A DNA stretch of 64,000 nt from Spirochaetota bacterium (lineage in GTDB: Bacteria > Spirochaetota > UBA4802 > UBA5550). The DNA lies in NCBI GenBank assembly GCA_963664815.2, contig CAXXHB010000003.1, positions 3,456,001 through 3,520,000 of the forward strand, read 5' to 3'. The position numbers and the translations under genes are program-made. Shown piece by piece: positions 1 through 10,435 of the stretch. Under the pieces are notes generated by a model that searched no databases, was not told the DNA's origin, and saw nothing but the letters and a program-made list of their open reading frames with translations. Position 1 is the stretch's first letter. Every line of letters starts with the position of its first letter.

Positions 1-171
1 AGTCTCAAAAGTCGCATCTGTAATTACTCCATCAGCAACCTTTATATAAAGTGTAAGAGCATCACCGCATACGACACTCCCGACATGGCCAACACCATCA
101 GCATCCTCTATCTTTCCTACATTCTTAGGATTTGTATATAACTCTTTTACTTTTTCGGTATATTCCCACAT
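1..171 (-). CDS. nifU: Fe-S cluster scaffold NifU/IscU, N-terminal part (runs off the window edge)
   Basis: Not in ORF track; manual translation MWEYTEKVKELYTNPKNVGKIEDADGVGHVGSVVCGDALTLYIKV..DATFET matches the NifU_N pattern (NPxNVG, CGD). Confidence 0.9.
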   Translation of the reverse strand, partial: MWEYTEKVKELYTNPKNVGKIEDADGVGHVGSVVCGDALTLYIKVADGVITDATFET

Positions 172-454
172 ATGCCTGCCTCTGATATAATATATCTGCC
201 TCTCCAATACAACTGGCAGAAACAAAGATTAAGAATTTCCTCAAATACTCAAATGAATTAAATATTAGTCAAGGAATTTCTTTAATAGTTACATTATTTT
301 ATTTTATCAGGTATCATCCCGATAATTTACAAATCTGTGATTAATTAACATGCAGCACTTAAATTAATCGTAACCGGCATGAAACAACAAATTGCTTCTT
401 TCACGACTTTCTGCTATAAATCAGCAGAGAGCAGACCTCATATCTGTTAAAGTT

Positions 455-1183
455 CTATTTCATAAATGCAAAATTAAGATTTCTCCCTTTATCACCATAT
501 CTGTGTGAAAAAAAATCTGAATAATTTATTCTGTTACAGATATGTGAATTAAAAATATTCTCCATCTTAAGTCCCGCTTTTTTCAACGAACCTTCGACAG
601 CACCCCAGAGATCTACATATTTTTTTTCATTTTCAGTTATTGTATTATCAGGAAAATGACGGGCAACATCCTCATTTACCTCATAAGATACCGCACTTAT
701 CGAAGGAAGAATAAAAGCCTTTATATCACCGGGGGATGAGCCGTACAGGCAGCACATGTCACTTACACATCTGCCGGAAATATCAAGCATAGTCCCCTTC
801 CACCCTGAATGTACAGCTCCGAGAATTTTTTTTTCCGTGTCATATAAAAACACGGGTACACAATCCGCAGTCCTGATAACGAGCATTATGCCTTTAAGAG
901 ATGTGATAAGACCATCCGCTTCTCCTACAGCGGGCAGGTCTGAAGAGGGTTCTTTAATAATATGAATGAGCATATCGCCATGAACCTGATTGAGCATTAT
1001 AATATTACTCTTCCCGATTCCTGCAATACTTCCCAGTATCTCTTTTTCTTCCGATCTTACTTCATTATCAGGTTTATTATAGTCGATGTTATTACTGTTT
1101 CTTCCGGCAATACCTGAACAAAGATCAGCGATGCCGGAATCGATTTTAAAGTATCCCGCCTCATATGTGAGTTTTAAGTTCAT
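455..1183 (-). CDS. pgeF: YfiH/PgeF family laccase-domain purine nucleoside phosphorylase
   Basis: QVHG, ADGLIT, TADCVPV, HSGWKG, FFSHR motifs. Confidence 0.9.
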   Translation of the reverse strand: MNLKLTYEAGYFKIDSGIADLCSGIAGRNSNNIDYNKPDNEVRSEEKEILGSIAGIGKSNIIMLNQVHGDMLIHIIKEPSSDLPAVGEADGLITSLKGIMLVIRTADCVPVFLYDTEKKILGAVHSGWKGTMLDISGRCVSDMCCLYGSSPGDIKAFILPSISAVSYEVNEDVARHFPDNTITENEKKYVDLWGAVEGSLKKAGLKMENIFNSHICNRINYSDFFSHRYGDKGRNLNFAFMK

Positions 1184-1297
1184 AATTTCAAATGATAAGA
1201 AGATATTTTTTTAGCAAGAATTATTTATCTGCTGCAAAGATAAATTATTGAGGACCTGTACAGAAAGTCGGGCAATCAACAGATATTCAGTTTAAAA

Positions 1298-2899
1298 TTA
1301 CGGTGTGACTTTCTTTAATATTCTGCCGACAATAATTCTGCTCTCTTCAACCTGCAGCATATATGTAAGAAAAAAATAAATAATTCCGTAAACTGATAAT
1401 ATGATAACTGCGCTTATTATCGTGTGAACGCTCTCTGAAAAGAAGACATACTTGATTACAAAACCTGCAAGTGAGGCGATCAATGCACATGGCCATAGTT
1501 TCATCTGGTAAACGGAAGATAAACCCGTTTCACCGATTTTACGGTTGAGCCCGCGGCGCAGCAGATAAAACTCGCACCATCCTGCAATACCGGCAGAGGC
1601 AGTCAGACCGGCAGTCCCCCACCTGGCATTTATCCCTATAAGCCCAGGAACAATAAACGCACAGATATACCCCAGCAATGTAGTTAAAAAAACTCTTGCC
1701 AATGCAAATTTTAAAGGAGTCCTTGTATCTTTAAGAGAATAGAACGCCGAAGAGTAAAGGCGGCCGAGAGTTGTGGCAAGCAGCCCCACCGTTGAGCCTG
1801 CCAATATACCCCACACGTAAATTGTGGTATTACGATCGAACTCCCCTGTCTGAAAAATTGCCCCGACAATCACATCCCCGAGAATTAAAAAACCTGACAC
1901 GGAGGGGATAATAAAGAATGCTATCTGTTTAAGCCCCCTGTTTAATCTCATTTTCAGATAATTTGAAATTTCAAGGTCACTTCCTCTTGCTTCACTCATC
2001 GCCGGGAGTTCAGAGACAGACACACTCATTCCGAAAAGGCTGACAGGAAGAAGATAAAGCGTCTGAGCGTAGGCCAGAGATGAAACAGCACCTGCAGGAA
2101 GTAACGAAGCGAGAAGGTTATCGATATAAGCGCTCACCTGCACCACTCCGCGGGAAATAACCACAGGGAAAAAATTTCTGACAACAGTTCTGACATTGTG
2201 ATCAAATTTAAGAATTGCAGGTTTAAAATTATGAATCAGCCTTAATGCCGGAGGAAGCTGCACAAAAAACTGCAGAAAACTTCCCGCCACAAGTCCCCAA
2301 GCTGCAATCTCAGCCAGGTTATACTGTGTATTACTCCGTCCGAAAAACAACAGGGTGAAAATAATCGCGAAGTTCCATATAACCGGCGCAGTATATGATA
2401 AAAGAAATTTTCTGTGGCTGTTGAGGATCCCCAGGCACCATGCTGACATAACCAGTATTCCTATCCCCGGGAAAAATATCTGAACCAGTTTAATTGTCAG
2501 CTCTCTTTTTTCTCCGCTGAAGCCGGGAGCAATTAAATCGATAAGCACGGGTGTTGACAGTACACCAGCCAGAACAAGAAGAGATGTGCAGAGACAGAGA
2601 AGGGTTGCTACTGTGGATGCAAGCTCTGAAGCCTCTTTTTTTTTACCTTCCGAATTTAATCTGGCATACACCGGTATAAGAGAAGCGGAGAGAACGCCCT
2701 CTCCAAACAAATTCTGAAGAAAATTCGGAATCTTGAGCGCGGCTTTGAAAGCATCACCTGCATCGGAACTTCCGAAATAATGGGCAAAAGCCCTCTCCCT
2801 GATCAGTCCGGCAATACGACTTAAAAAAATCCCGAATGCGACTATATAAGCTCCGCTTCTTACCGGAGTTGATTTTTTCCCTGTCTCAGCTTCCGCCAT
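1298..2899 (-). CDS. murJ: Lipid II flippase MurJ
   Basis: SRIAGLIRE, DAF..ALKIPN..LFGEG, FYSLKDTRTP; multi-TM, 533 aa. Confidence 0.93.
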   Translation of the reverse strand: MAEAETGKKSTPVRSGAYIVAFGIFLSRIAGLIRERAFAHYFGSSDAGDAFKAALKIPNFLQNLFGEGVLSASLIPVYARLNSEGKKKEASELASTVATLLCLCTSLLVLAGVLSTPVLIDLIAPGFSGEKRELTIKLVQIFFPGIGILVMSAWCLGILNSHRKFLLSYTAPVIWNFAIIFTLLFFGRSNTQYNLAEIAAWGLVAGSFLQFFVQLPPALRLIHNFKPAILKFDHNVRTVVRNFFPVVISRGVVQVSAYIDNLLASLLPAGAVSSLAYAQTLYLLPVSLFGMSVSVSELPAMSEARGSDLEISNYLKMRLNRGLKQIAFFIIPSVSGFLILGDVIVGAIFQTGEFDRNTTIYVWGILAGSTVGLLATTLGRLYSSAFYSLKDTRTPLKFALARVFLTTLLGYICAFIVPGLIGINARWGTAGLTASAGIAGWCEFYLLRRGLNRKIGETGLSSVYQMKLWPCALIASLAGFVIKYVFFSESVHTIISAVIILSVYGIIYFFLTYMLQVEESRIIVGRILKKVTP

Positions 2900-2927
2900 T
2901 ACATATCCATAACCGGATTTCTAAATA

Positions 2928-3776
2928 TCATCTGTAGGATATTCTCTTCAGATTACTTCTGACCACTATTTTTGAGATGATAATTGAAATTTCATAAATA
3001 ATCATCAGTGGAACACCAACCATCGCCTGTGACAGGGGATCCGGCTGGGGTGTAATAACTGCAGCAATAATCCATATTATCACAATCGCATATTTTCTTT
3101 TTCCGCTAAGCATCGCAGGTGTGACAATTCCCATTCTGGTAAGAACAAGTATAATTATCGGGACTTCAAAAAGCACACCCATTGAAAGACTGAAAAAAAG
3201 TATAAACCCGAGATAGTTGTCAGCACCTATTGTACTGAGCATATCATTACCCACAAAACTGAGCATAACCTTTATTGCCGCAGGGAGCAGTAAAAAAAAG
3301 ACAAAGGCTATTCCGGAATAAAAAAGAATCACAGCCACTATGATTGTAATTCTTGAAAACATCCGGTTACTCTTATTTAAAGACGGAACAATAATACTCC
3401 ATATCTGATATATGATAAACGGAGCGAGGATAAAAAGCGCCGCTGCTACAGAAACTTTAAACCTCAGCATAAATCCGCCCATGAGAGTAAAAATATTCAG
3501 CCTGTTTCCTGTTTCTATGAAAGGCTTGTTTATAAAATAAAGCAGGATATCCGAGTAATAAAAAGCGACAGGGGTTATGATTATTAATAGCGCAAGAGTA
3601 ACCAGCAGCTTTGATCTGAACCTGTCAAGTAAGCCTATCATATCGAAAGAGCTTTTCTCATCATTGCCTTCAGATACAGGTTCAACTGATTCGGGAAGTT
3701 TTTCGGCTTCAAATTTTTTTATATCATTTTTCTTTGCTGGTGTTCCGGTTTTTTTTCCTTTTTTTTCCAATTTCAA
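2928..3776 (-). CDS. tatC: Twin-arginine translocase subunit TatC (divergent signal-binding residues)
   Basis: PFIIYQIW, FEVP, RKYAIV, ITPQPDPLSQ, LMIIYEISI motifs; 6 TM pattern. Confidence 0.88.
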   Translation of the reverse strand: MKLEKKGKKTGTPAKKNDIKKFEAEKLPESVEPVSEGNDEKSSFDMIGLLDRFRSKLLVTLALLIIITPVAFYYSDILLYFINKPFIETGNRLNIFTLMGGFMLRFKVSVAAALFILAPFIIYQIWSIIVPSLNKSNRMFSRITIIVAVILFYSGIAFVFFLLLPAAIKVMLSFVGNDMLSTIGADNYLGFILFFSLSMGVLFEVPIIILVLTRMGIVTPAMLSGKRKYAIVIIWIIAAVITPQPDPLSQAMVGVPLMIIYEISIIISKIVVRSNLKRISYR

Positions 3777-3885
3777 TTACCCGCCGCGGATCAGTTATTA
3801 TATAGACTTGTCTTGTCTTAATTATTTATAAATTCGAATTGTTATTATCAATATGACAGATACTGTCAAGATAAAACTGTTTTTA

Positions 3886-4500
3886 TTATTCAACCATATC
3901 TCTGTTCAGAAGAGTAATGAACAGCTTGGCAAGGCGTTTCATATGTGCAACTCCCTCCTCTCTTGTCCTGCCGGGATATTTACCATATGTGAATACAATT
4001 CCGTTTAAAACAGAAAAAATCAGGTGAGTTACAGGTCTTATATCCTTCAGATTTGTCTCCTTTGCCAGTATCTTATCAAAGATTGTGAAAAGTTCCCGTG
4101 ATATATCCTTCAACTGTTCAATTGATTCCTGCGTCTTGAATTTTCCATCCATAACACAATGCTGAACAATACGCATATAATCATAATTATCTATCATCTC
4201 TTCCATGTATCTTTCGGCAACTTTATCGAGCGAATCATTCCCGGAATCAAGCATGTCTCTCATAATATCCACAGCCCGCTGAAAGCCGCGGAGAGAAACC
4301 TCAACATAAAGAGTCTCCTTGTCCGGAAAGTAAGTATAAATTGAACCGGGTGAGATCCCGACCTCTTTTGCGAGATCTCTCATATTAACATCATCAAAAG
4401 GCTTTGCTGAAAAAATTTTTTCCGCTACATCAAGAATAAGGTTTTTCCTCTGTTCTTTTTCATGTTCTTTGAGATCAGTGAACTTTTTTGATTCGATCAT
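3886..4500 (-). CDS. TetR/AcrR family transcriptional regulator
   Basis: N-terminal HTH MRDLAKEVGISPGSIYTYFPDKETL. Confidence 0.92.
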   Translation of the reverse strand: MIESKKFTDLKEHEKEQRKNLILDVAEKIFSAKPFDDVNMRDLAKEVGISPGSIYTYFPDKETLYVEVSLRGFQRAVDIMRDMLDSGNDSLDKVAERYMEEMIDNYDYMRIVQHCVMDGKFKTQESIEQLKDISRELFTIFDKILAKETNLKDIRPVTHLIFSVLNGIVFTYGKYPGRTREEGVAHMKRLAKLFITLLNRDMVE

Positions 4501-4704
4501 AACTATCCTTGCCGGAATTTATATATACGCTGATAAATAATACTCTTCTAAGTTAAAAGGCTTGAAACCGAAATATATGATACTCAGACCCTTATTTCTA
4601 TTTTAAATTAACCTTTCTATGTAAAATATGGCAAGAGAAAATTTTTTATTAAATTTGATTTATCTATTTAAATATTATTTGACTATTTAAACTATATTTA
4701 TTAC

Positions 4705-4721
4705 ATTAAACACTGTTCAGT
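4705..4721. promoter_or_regulatory. Putative TetR operator (imperfect palindrome ATTAAACACTGTTCAGT)
   Basis: Near-palindrome between divergent tetR and MBL hydrolase, about 30 nt upstream of the hydrolase start. Confidence 0.35.
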
Positions 4722-4750
4722 TAATAACACAATGTTTAAAGAGGTAACAG

Positions 4751-5536
4751 GTGAAAATCCATACAATTAAGGGTTATATAAATAATCTCTTCCTTGCAGA
4801 GTATGATCACGGGATTCTCCTTCTTGATGGCGCTTCTCCCGCCGATTTCCCGGTTATTGAAAAATTCTGTACCGGAAACCTGAAACGACCTGTTTCTGAT
4901 ATTAAACTTGCCGTTGTCACACATATGCATCCCGATCACTCCGGAGCAGCGCCTCTTTTAAGAAAAAAATACGGAACAAAAATAGCAGCATATAAGAATA
5001 TTGACGGCTGGTACCGCGGACCCTCCGGATGGCTTCAGCATATACTCGATTGTCTTATGGCTCAGCTTGTTGCAATCAGACAGCATACCAGGATTCATAA
5101 AATTTTCAGCAAAAGAATAACAAAACCAGACTATCTTCTAAACCATGGGGAACGGCTCCCCGGGTTTTCCGATTGGCATATCATATATACTCCGGGACAT
5201 ACAATTCACGATATTGCATTGTTTCACGGCAGGAACAAAATACTCTACTGCGGAGACAGTATTATTGAAGTTAAAGGGCGGTATTATCTTCCGCTGCCGG
5301 TTATATTTAAAAACAGGATGCGGCATTCATATAAAGAGATGGCTTCACTTGGAGCAACTACAATTCTTATACCTCACGGAAACGCCATCTACACGGATAA
5401 CAGCCGGGAGATTTTCAGAAAGATGATATCCCTCCTGGATGAGCCACCGAATAAACTCAGACGCCGCATACACCGGTTATCGGTCTGGTCGCCCGATATC
5501 TGGAAGCCGACAATCCGGAAGCTTCTTTTCGGCTAG
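4751..5536 (+). CDS. MBL-fold metallo-hydrolase
   Basis: THMHPDHSG (HxHxDH), TPGHT, GD, PHG motifs. Confidence 0.9.
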   Translation: MKIHTIKGYINNLFLAEYDHGILLLDGASPADFPVIEKFCTGNLKRPVSDIKLAVVTHMHPDHSGAAPLLRKKYGTKIAAYKNIDGWYRGPSGWLQHILDCLMAQLVAIRQHTRIHKIFSKRITKPDYLLNHGERLPGFSDWHIIYTPGHTIHDIALFHGRNKILYCGDSIIEVKGRYYLPLPVIFKNRMRHSYKEMASLGATTILIPHGNAIYTDNSREIFRKMISLLDEPPNKLRRRIHRLSVWSPDIWKPTIRKLLFG

Positions 5537-5541
5537 AGCAA

Positions 5542-6330
5542 CTACAATAAAAGCTCATGCCTTTTTCTCTTCGTGAAACCGGAGACCTTCCTGTAGCCTG
5601 CACTTTTCAGTATCTCCACAGCCTGAGGATACCCGCTGCATACATCATCAGGGGAATGCGAATCGGAACCAAGCGTCACCGGAACATTTTCCTGGAACAG
5701 AATTTTTATAATCTCATCCGACGGATAAATCTCATGAACCGGTTTTCTTAAACCGGAGGTATTGATCTCTACAGTGATCCCCTTCGCAGATATTTTTTTT
5801 GCAATTTTCCTTACCACCGGCATCATATCAGCTTCAGCTCTGTGCCCGAATTTTTTTACAAGATCAAAATGCCCCACTATATCACAGAAGCCTGATTCGG
5901 CAAGTCTCTCAAGAATAGAATAGTATTCCCTGTAAATGTCATCTATATTCATTTCCTCAAACCGGGAGACTTCATCCGGGTTGTCAACCCCCCAGTCACC
6001 AAGATAGTGAACTGATCCTATAATATAATCAACATCAGAATTTGTAAGATACTCCCTCTCAAATGTGCTGAAAAACGGGAAATCTATTTCAAAACCGAGT
6101 TTAACATCAATCTTGTTTTTGTGCTTTTCTTTCATTCCGAGGATTGAGCTGATGTATCCGGGAACATCTTCGGGAGACATGGATATCCCCTCCCTGATAT
6201 GCAGCGGTACAGGAGCATGATCGGAAAAACCGAACTCCTTCATGCCGTTTTCGATTGCCTTTGCAATATACTCATCCATCTCCCCCGAAGCGTGCCCGCA
6301 GAGGATTGTATGATTATGATAGTTAACCAT
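5542..6330 (-). CDS. Histidinol-phosphatase, HisJ/HisK (PHP) family
   Basis: YHNHT..CGHA, SDHAP, IGSVH, GHFDLVKK, EINTSGLRK, LGSDSH. Confidence 0.88.
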   Translation of the reverse strand: MVNYHNHTILCGHASGEMDEYIAKAIENGMKEFGFSDHAPVPLHIREGISMSPEDVPGYISSILGMKEKHKNKIDVKLGFEIDFPFFSTFEREYLTNSDVDYIIGSVHYLGDWGVDNPDEVSRFEEMNIDDIYREYYSILERLAESGFCDIVGHFDLVKKFGHRAEADMMPVVRKIAKKISAKGITVEINTSGLRKPVHEIYPSDEIIKILFQENVPVTLGSDSHSPDDVCSGYPQAVEILKSAGYRKVSGFTKRKRHELLL

Positions 6331-6335
6331 CTAGA

Positions 6336-6995
6336 TCAGTAACCATGCCTGTAGTAAAAAAGTGAAATGTCATTAAGAGAGCTGTACGTTTTGGAATCAA
6401 CTTTATCAGCTTTTATAAAAAATCTTTCCATATCACAATTGCCGTCAGGCGTTATTACAGATAAAATATTCCACAAATATGGTATTTTACCACCCGGCTT
6501 GCCGCTTCGGTCAATGGAATCCTCTATAACCTTGGTATCCATGATATTCTCAAGACTGACAGATATAAACCTCTCATTATCATCCGCTGCCTCTGTTGCC
6601 CCGGATGGATGTGTCAGATAGAGTACAAGAACATGCTTTTTCTTAAGATAAATTGCAGCAAGTTCAATATTACCCGCTTCAAAATATCTCGGCCTTATTA
6701 CTATTTTACCCAGTTTTGAAAAATCACCCTTATAAGGGTAAAAAGATAAAAGAAACCTGATCCTGTCGGGGGTAAGGAGAAGAGACTGATTTCCCGGATA
6801 ACCTGTTCCGGGGTATATTATTTCAATTATTGAATCGTTATTCTTATACCTGTCACAAAGATATAAACTGCCGGTTTTACCGGAAATAAGGGTATCGATA
6901 TCAGAAGCAATTTCATCATCAATGTCCGAGATAGTGTAATCAATGTTCTGCCCGTTCCCGGCGATGCAGTTATAATATTCCCTGATATCAAACAT
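6336..6995 (-). CDS. Hypothetical protein
   Basis: 219-aa ORF with GAAAGGA RBS, 5 nt from the next gene; no recognised motif. Confidence 0.7.
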   Translation of the reverse strand: MFDIREYYNCIAGNGQNIDYTISDIDDEIASDIDTLISGKTGSLYLCDRYKNNDSIIEIIYPGTGYPGNQSLLLTPDRIRFLLSFYPYKGDFSKLGKIVIRPRYFEAGNIELAAIYLKKKHVLVLYLTHPSGATEAADDNERFISVSLENIMDTKVIEDSIDRSGKPGGKIPYLWNILSVITPDGNCDMERFFIKADKVDSKTYSSLNDISLFYYRHGY

Positions 6996-7153
6996 CCGGT
7001 TTTCCTTTCATTTCCATATTTTAAAAATGTTATTTACCTTAATTTATCATAAACAGTAAAGAGTCTATCATTTTTTTAAATAAGCAGGGATCGGATACCG
7101 GCATAATATAGTTATCTGCTGTAATATCCGATGCTCTGCATTTGTTCTGTCTG

Positions 7154-8116
7154 TCAGGCTTTTCCGGCCGAACCGAGAACATTAATATTTTTATGCATAT
7201 AGAGTTCTTTCAGGGCATCCCTTGCCGGCCCCAGATACTTTCTCGGATCGAACTCTCCCGGATTCTCTTTTAAAACCTTTCTTATAGCGGCTGTCATTGC
7301 CAGCCTTCCGTCAGAATCTATATTTATTTTGCAGACTGCCGATTTTGCAGCCTCGCGAAGCTGGCTCTCCGGTATTCCTATTGCATCCTCCATCTTCCCG
7401 CCGCAGGCGTTGATCAGCTCCACCAGGTCATGGGGAACCGAGGATGATCCGTGCAGAACAATAGGGAAGCCCGGTATTTTTTTCTCTATTTCATGTAATA
7501 TGTCCAATCGTATTTTCGGGTTTGTTCCCGGCTTGAACTTGTATGCGCCATGCGATGTCCCTATGGCAATTGCCAGTGAGTCGACACCGGTTTTGGAAAC
7601 AAAATCCTCTACCTCTTCCGGCCGTGTAAAGACATGTTCAGCGGCATGAACATCATCCTCAACCCCTGCAAGAACCCCAAGCTCACCCTCAACGGTAACA
7701 TCATTTTTATGAGCGTAAGCCACTACCTTTTTTGTAAGCCTGACATTCTCAGCATATGTAAGATGAGACCCGTCAATCATAACTGACGAGAACCCGGTGT
7801 CGATACAACTCTTGCACAGCTCATATGAATCACCATGATCAAGATGAAGAACAATCGGAATCTTTTTACCGAGATCCTTTGAGTACTGAACCGCACCCTC
7901 CGCCATGTATCTCAGCAGAGTCTGGTTGGCATATTTCCTCGCTCCTGCCGACACCTGGAGTATTACAGGGGAACTGGTCTCCACACATGCCATAATTATT
8001 GACTGAAGCTGCTCCATGTTGTTGAAATTATACGCAGGTATGGCATACCCCCCCTTTACAGCTTTCTTAAAAAGATTTCGTGTATTGACAAGACCTAATT
8101 CTTTATAACTGACCAT
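7154..8116 (-). CDS. fba: Class II fructose-1,6-bisphosphate aldolase
   Basis: HLDHG, SSVMIDGS, VEGELG, AIGTSHGAYK, VLHGSS, KINIDSD; start moved to ATG 8116 after GAGGTG RBS. Confidence 0.95.
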   Translation of the reverse strand: MVSYKELGLVNTRNLFKKAVKGGYAIPAYNFNNMEQLQSIIMACVETSSPVILQVSAGARKYANQTLLRYMAEGAVQYSKDLGKKIPIVLHLDHGDSYELCKSCIDTGFSSVMIDGSHLTYAENVRLTKKVVAYAHKNDVTVEGELGVLAGVEDDVHAAEHVFTRPEEVEDFVSKTGVDSLAIAIGTSHGAYKFKPGTNPKIRLDILHEIEKKIPGFPIVLHGSSSVPHDLVELINACGGKMEDAIGIPESQLREAAKSAVCKINIDSDGRLAMTAAIRKVLKENPGEFDPRKYLGPARDALKELYMHKNINVLGSAGKA

Positions 8117-8402
8117 AATATCACCTCGATGAATTTTATAATGACAAACAGATTTGCTCCAAAACTGCATTTAAATTTTGCCGGGAAGCCTTTCCTGGAC
8201 AAAAATCTTAACAGGCAATGAGTCTCCGCCATGGCTTTTTAAGGGTTAAGCCGCTATACCCCATCTACAATTTTACTAATATAGTTACTCCGGCAATATG
8301 CCTATGTCAATGAGAATTTTTATACTATTGCATTACAGCCAACCGTACTTAAAATAATTATTCCTGACAGAAAAAGCAAAAATTTTTAATGTAAAATGCT
8401 CT

Positions 8403-8447
8403 GATCTTACCGCCGCCGAAAATAACGGCGGGATCTGTTCTTTTTTT
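8403..8447 (+). terminator. Terminator-like hairpin (CCGCCG/CGGCGG stem plus T-run)
   Basis: GATCTTACCGCCG..CGGCGGGATC followed by TGTTCTTTTTTT. Confidence 0.45.
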
Positions 8448-8562
8448 AAATTAAAATATATGTTAAGGAATTGACGTTGAAATTAATATTATAAAAATCT
8501 TGTCAATTACGGATAATATAATAATCAGCAGCAACGGTTAATAAACAGGGATCTATTTATTT

Positions 8563-9489
8563 ATGAAAAATACAGAACTTGGCGCCACAACAGCTCTATT
8601 TGCGGCAATGATAATATGGGCAACATCGTTTATAGCCCTGAAGGTTACATTCAGAACCTACAATCCGATGTTTGTAATATGGGGACGCCAGGTTCTGGCA
8701 TCGCTGCTTTTTCTTCTTTTCATAAAAAAATTATGGAAGAAATGCACATATGAGAAAGGTGATTTCAGGCTTCTTCTGCTCATGGCTGTATTTGAGCCAT
8801 GTTTCTACTTCACTTTTGAAGCAATGGCAATAACAAATACTACCGCATCCCAGGCGGGCATACTGACCTCAACACTTCCGATCCTTGTTGCTGTAGCCGC
8901 ATTTTTCACTCTTAAAGAAAAAACAACCGGCCTTACATGGTTTGGATTTCTTGTTGCCGTTACCGGGGCAATAATTCTAAGTCTATGCAGCGAAGTATCC
9001 GAGAGTGCGCCAAATCCGGTTCTTGGGAACTTTCTTGAATTCTGCGCTATGATTTGCGCCACAGGCTATACTATTATACTTAAAAGGCTCAGCAGTCGAT
9101 ATAATCCATTCTTTCTCACGGCATTTCAGTGTTTTGCCGGATCCGTATTTTTCCTTCCGCTTGTTATTATTAATGGGAATGGTTTCCCGTCAGAATTTGT
9201 CTTACTCCCCTCCCTGGGGATAGTTTACCTTGGAGTCATTGTTACGATCGGAGCGTATGGTCTTTACAGCGCTGGTATCAGCAGGGTTAAGGCGAGTACC
9301 GCCGCGGCCTTTGTAAACCTTATACCGGTCTTTACCATGTTTTTCGGATGGATTCTACTCAATGAGAAAATGAACCTTATGCAGTACTTCGGGTGCGGAT
9401 TGATTTTCACAGGAGTCTATTTCAGCCAGAAAAGAAACCATCAAATACCAATAGAGGAAGAAATACTGCCCGAAACAGCATCTGAATAA
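8563..9489 (+). CDS. DMT/EamA family transporter
   Basis: IWATSF..K start, two EamA repeats, LKEK and LNEK motifs, about 10 TM. Confidence 0.9.
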   Translation: MKNTELGATTALFAAMIIWATSFIALKVTFRTYNPMFVIWGRQVLASLLFLLFIKKLWKKCTYEKGDFRLLLLMAVFEPCFYFTFEAMAITNTTASQAGILTSTLPILVAVAAFFTLKEKTTGLTWFGFLVAVTGAIILSLCSEVSESAPNPVLGNFLEFCAMICATGYTIILKRLSSRYNPFFLTAFQCFAGSVFFLPLVIINGNGFPSEFVLLPSLGIVYLGVIVTIGAYGLYSAGISRVKASTAAAFVNLIPVFTMFFGWILLNEKMNLMQYFGCGLIFTGVYFSQKRNHQIPIEEEILPETASE

Positions 9490-9514
9490 CCTGAATATTT
9501 TTATTACAGTATAA

Positions 9515-10435
9515 TTATTTTATAATATCAACCCGCATCACTGGATAATATGCATCGTTTTCTTTATCGTATGAAGCAACATATATTTTCTCATCGCCGG
9601 AAAGTTCGCTACGGAACCTGTCATCTATCCTGAATGAAATCCGGCCGTTAACTACGTTTTTATCGATAGTTCTGTAAACACCTGATGAGTTTATTATCAA
9701 AAGCACGGCTTTCGGATCAATAAAACCGGAAATATCATACTGCAGCACACTCTCATCAACCTCTTTTCCATCTTCTGTTTTTTTAACAATTTCTTTCCTG
9801 AAATCCGCCTTTAGTTTAAGCTTGAAAAGTCCTGTTTTTTCCACAATTGCAAATGAGCTGTAAAATCCGTTTAGGCCATTGCTAATCCCGCCGGTAACTC
9901 CCCCTCCGACAGAATTCAGCTTATCATTTGACATGTAGTTTTTATATGAGGAATCTTTCAGAATAACATTCATCATCGCCATCGCTATCTCTGTTTCACT
10001 CAATCTGTAGACGGAGGCATTGCCGAAATCGATAAATTCTCCGCCTGAATCTTTTTTCCTGACAAACGGCTTATCCCCGATACTGACAGAGTATGAAAAG
10101 GCCAGAAGCTCCGCATACCTGTCAATCTTTTCCCCGAAAGAGAGAACGCGCTGCTGAACATCATGCATATCTTTTTTGTTCGCCTGGTGAAACAGCTTCC
10201 CTGTTTCCGCCATGTAGTCAGAATGCCATTGCGCGGCTGAATTCAGTTTCCTGTTTATTACAAGAGCGGGCATACCCGCATTTATACGCTCAATGTTTAT
10301 ATATAAGATAATATGCTTCCTTATTTTTTCAGAATTATACTCAGGAACAGGCATCAGATCTCTTGTTGTGTTTGCCATTATACGGCAGACAGAAAAAGAG
10401 ACAATGAGAATCAGGAGTATATATTTTTTCATCAT
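9515..10435 (-). CDS. Secreted CAP (SCP) domain protein
   Basis: Signal peptide; INIERINAGMPAL..LNSAAQWHSDYMA..LFH. Confidence 0.75.
   Translation of the reverse strand: MMKKYILLILIVSFSVCRIMANTTRDLMPVPEYNSEKIRKHIILYINIERINAGMPALVINRKLNSAAQWHSDYMAETGKLFHQANKKDMHDVQQRVLSFGEKIDRYAELLAFSYSVSIGDKPFVRKKDSGGEFIDFGNASVYRLSETEIAMAMMNVILKDSSYKNYMSNDKLNSVGGGVTGGISNGLNGFYSSFAIVEKTGLFKLKLKADFRKEIVKKTEDGKEVDESVLQYDISGFIDPKAVLLIINSSGVYRTIDKNVVNGRISFRIDDRFRSELSGDEKIYVASYDKENDAYYPVMRVDIIK

Noticed and set aside
231-282. IscR/Rrf2-type operator upstream of nifU
   Set aside because: An imperfect inverted repeat flanks a TTGACT box but does not match the IscR consensus well enough.
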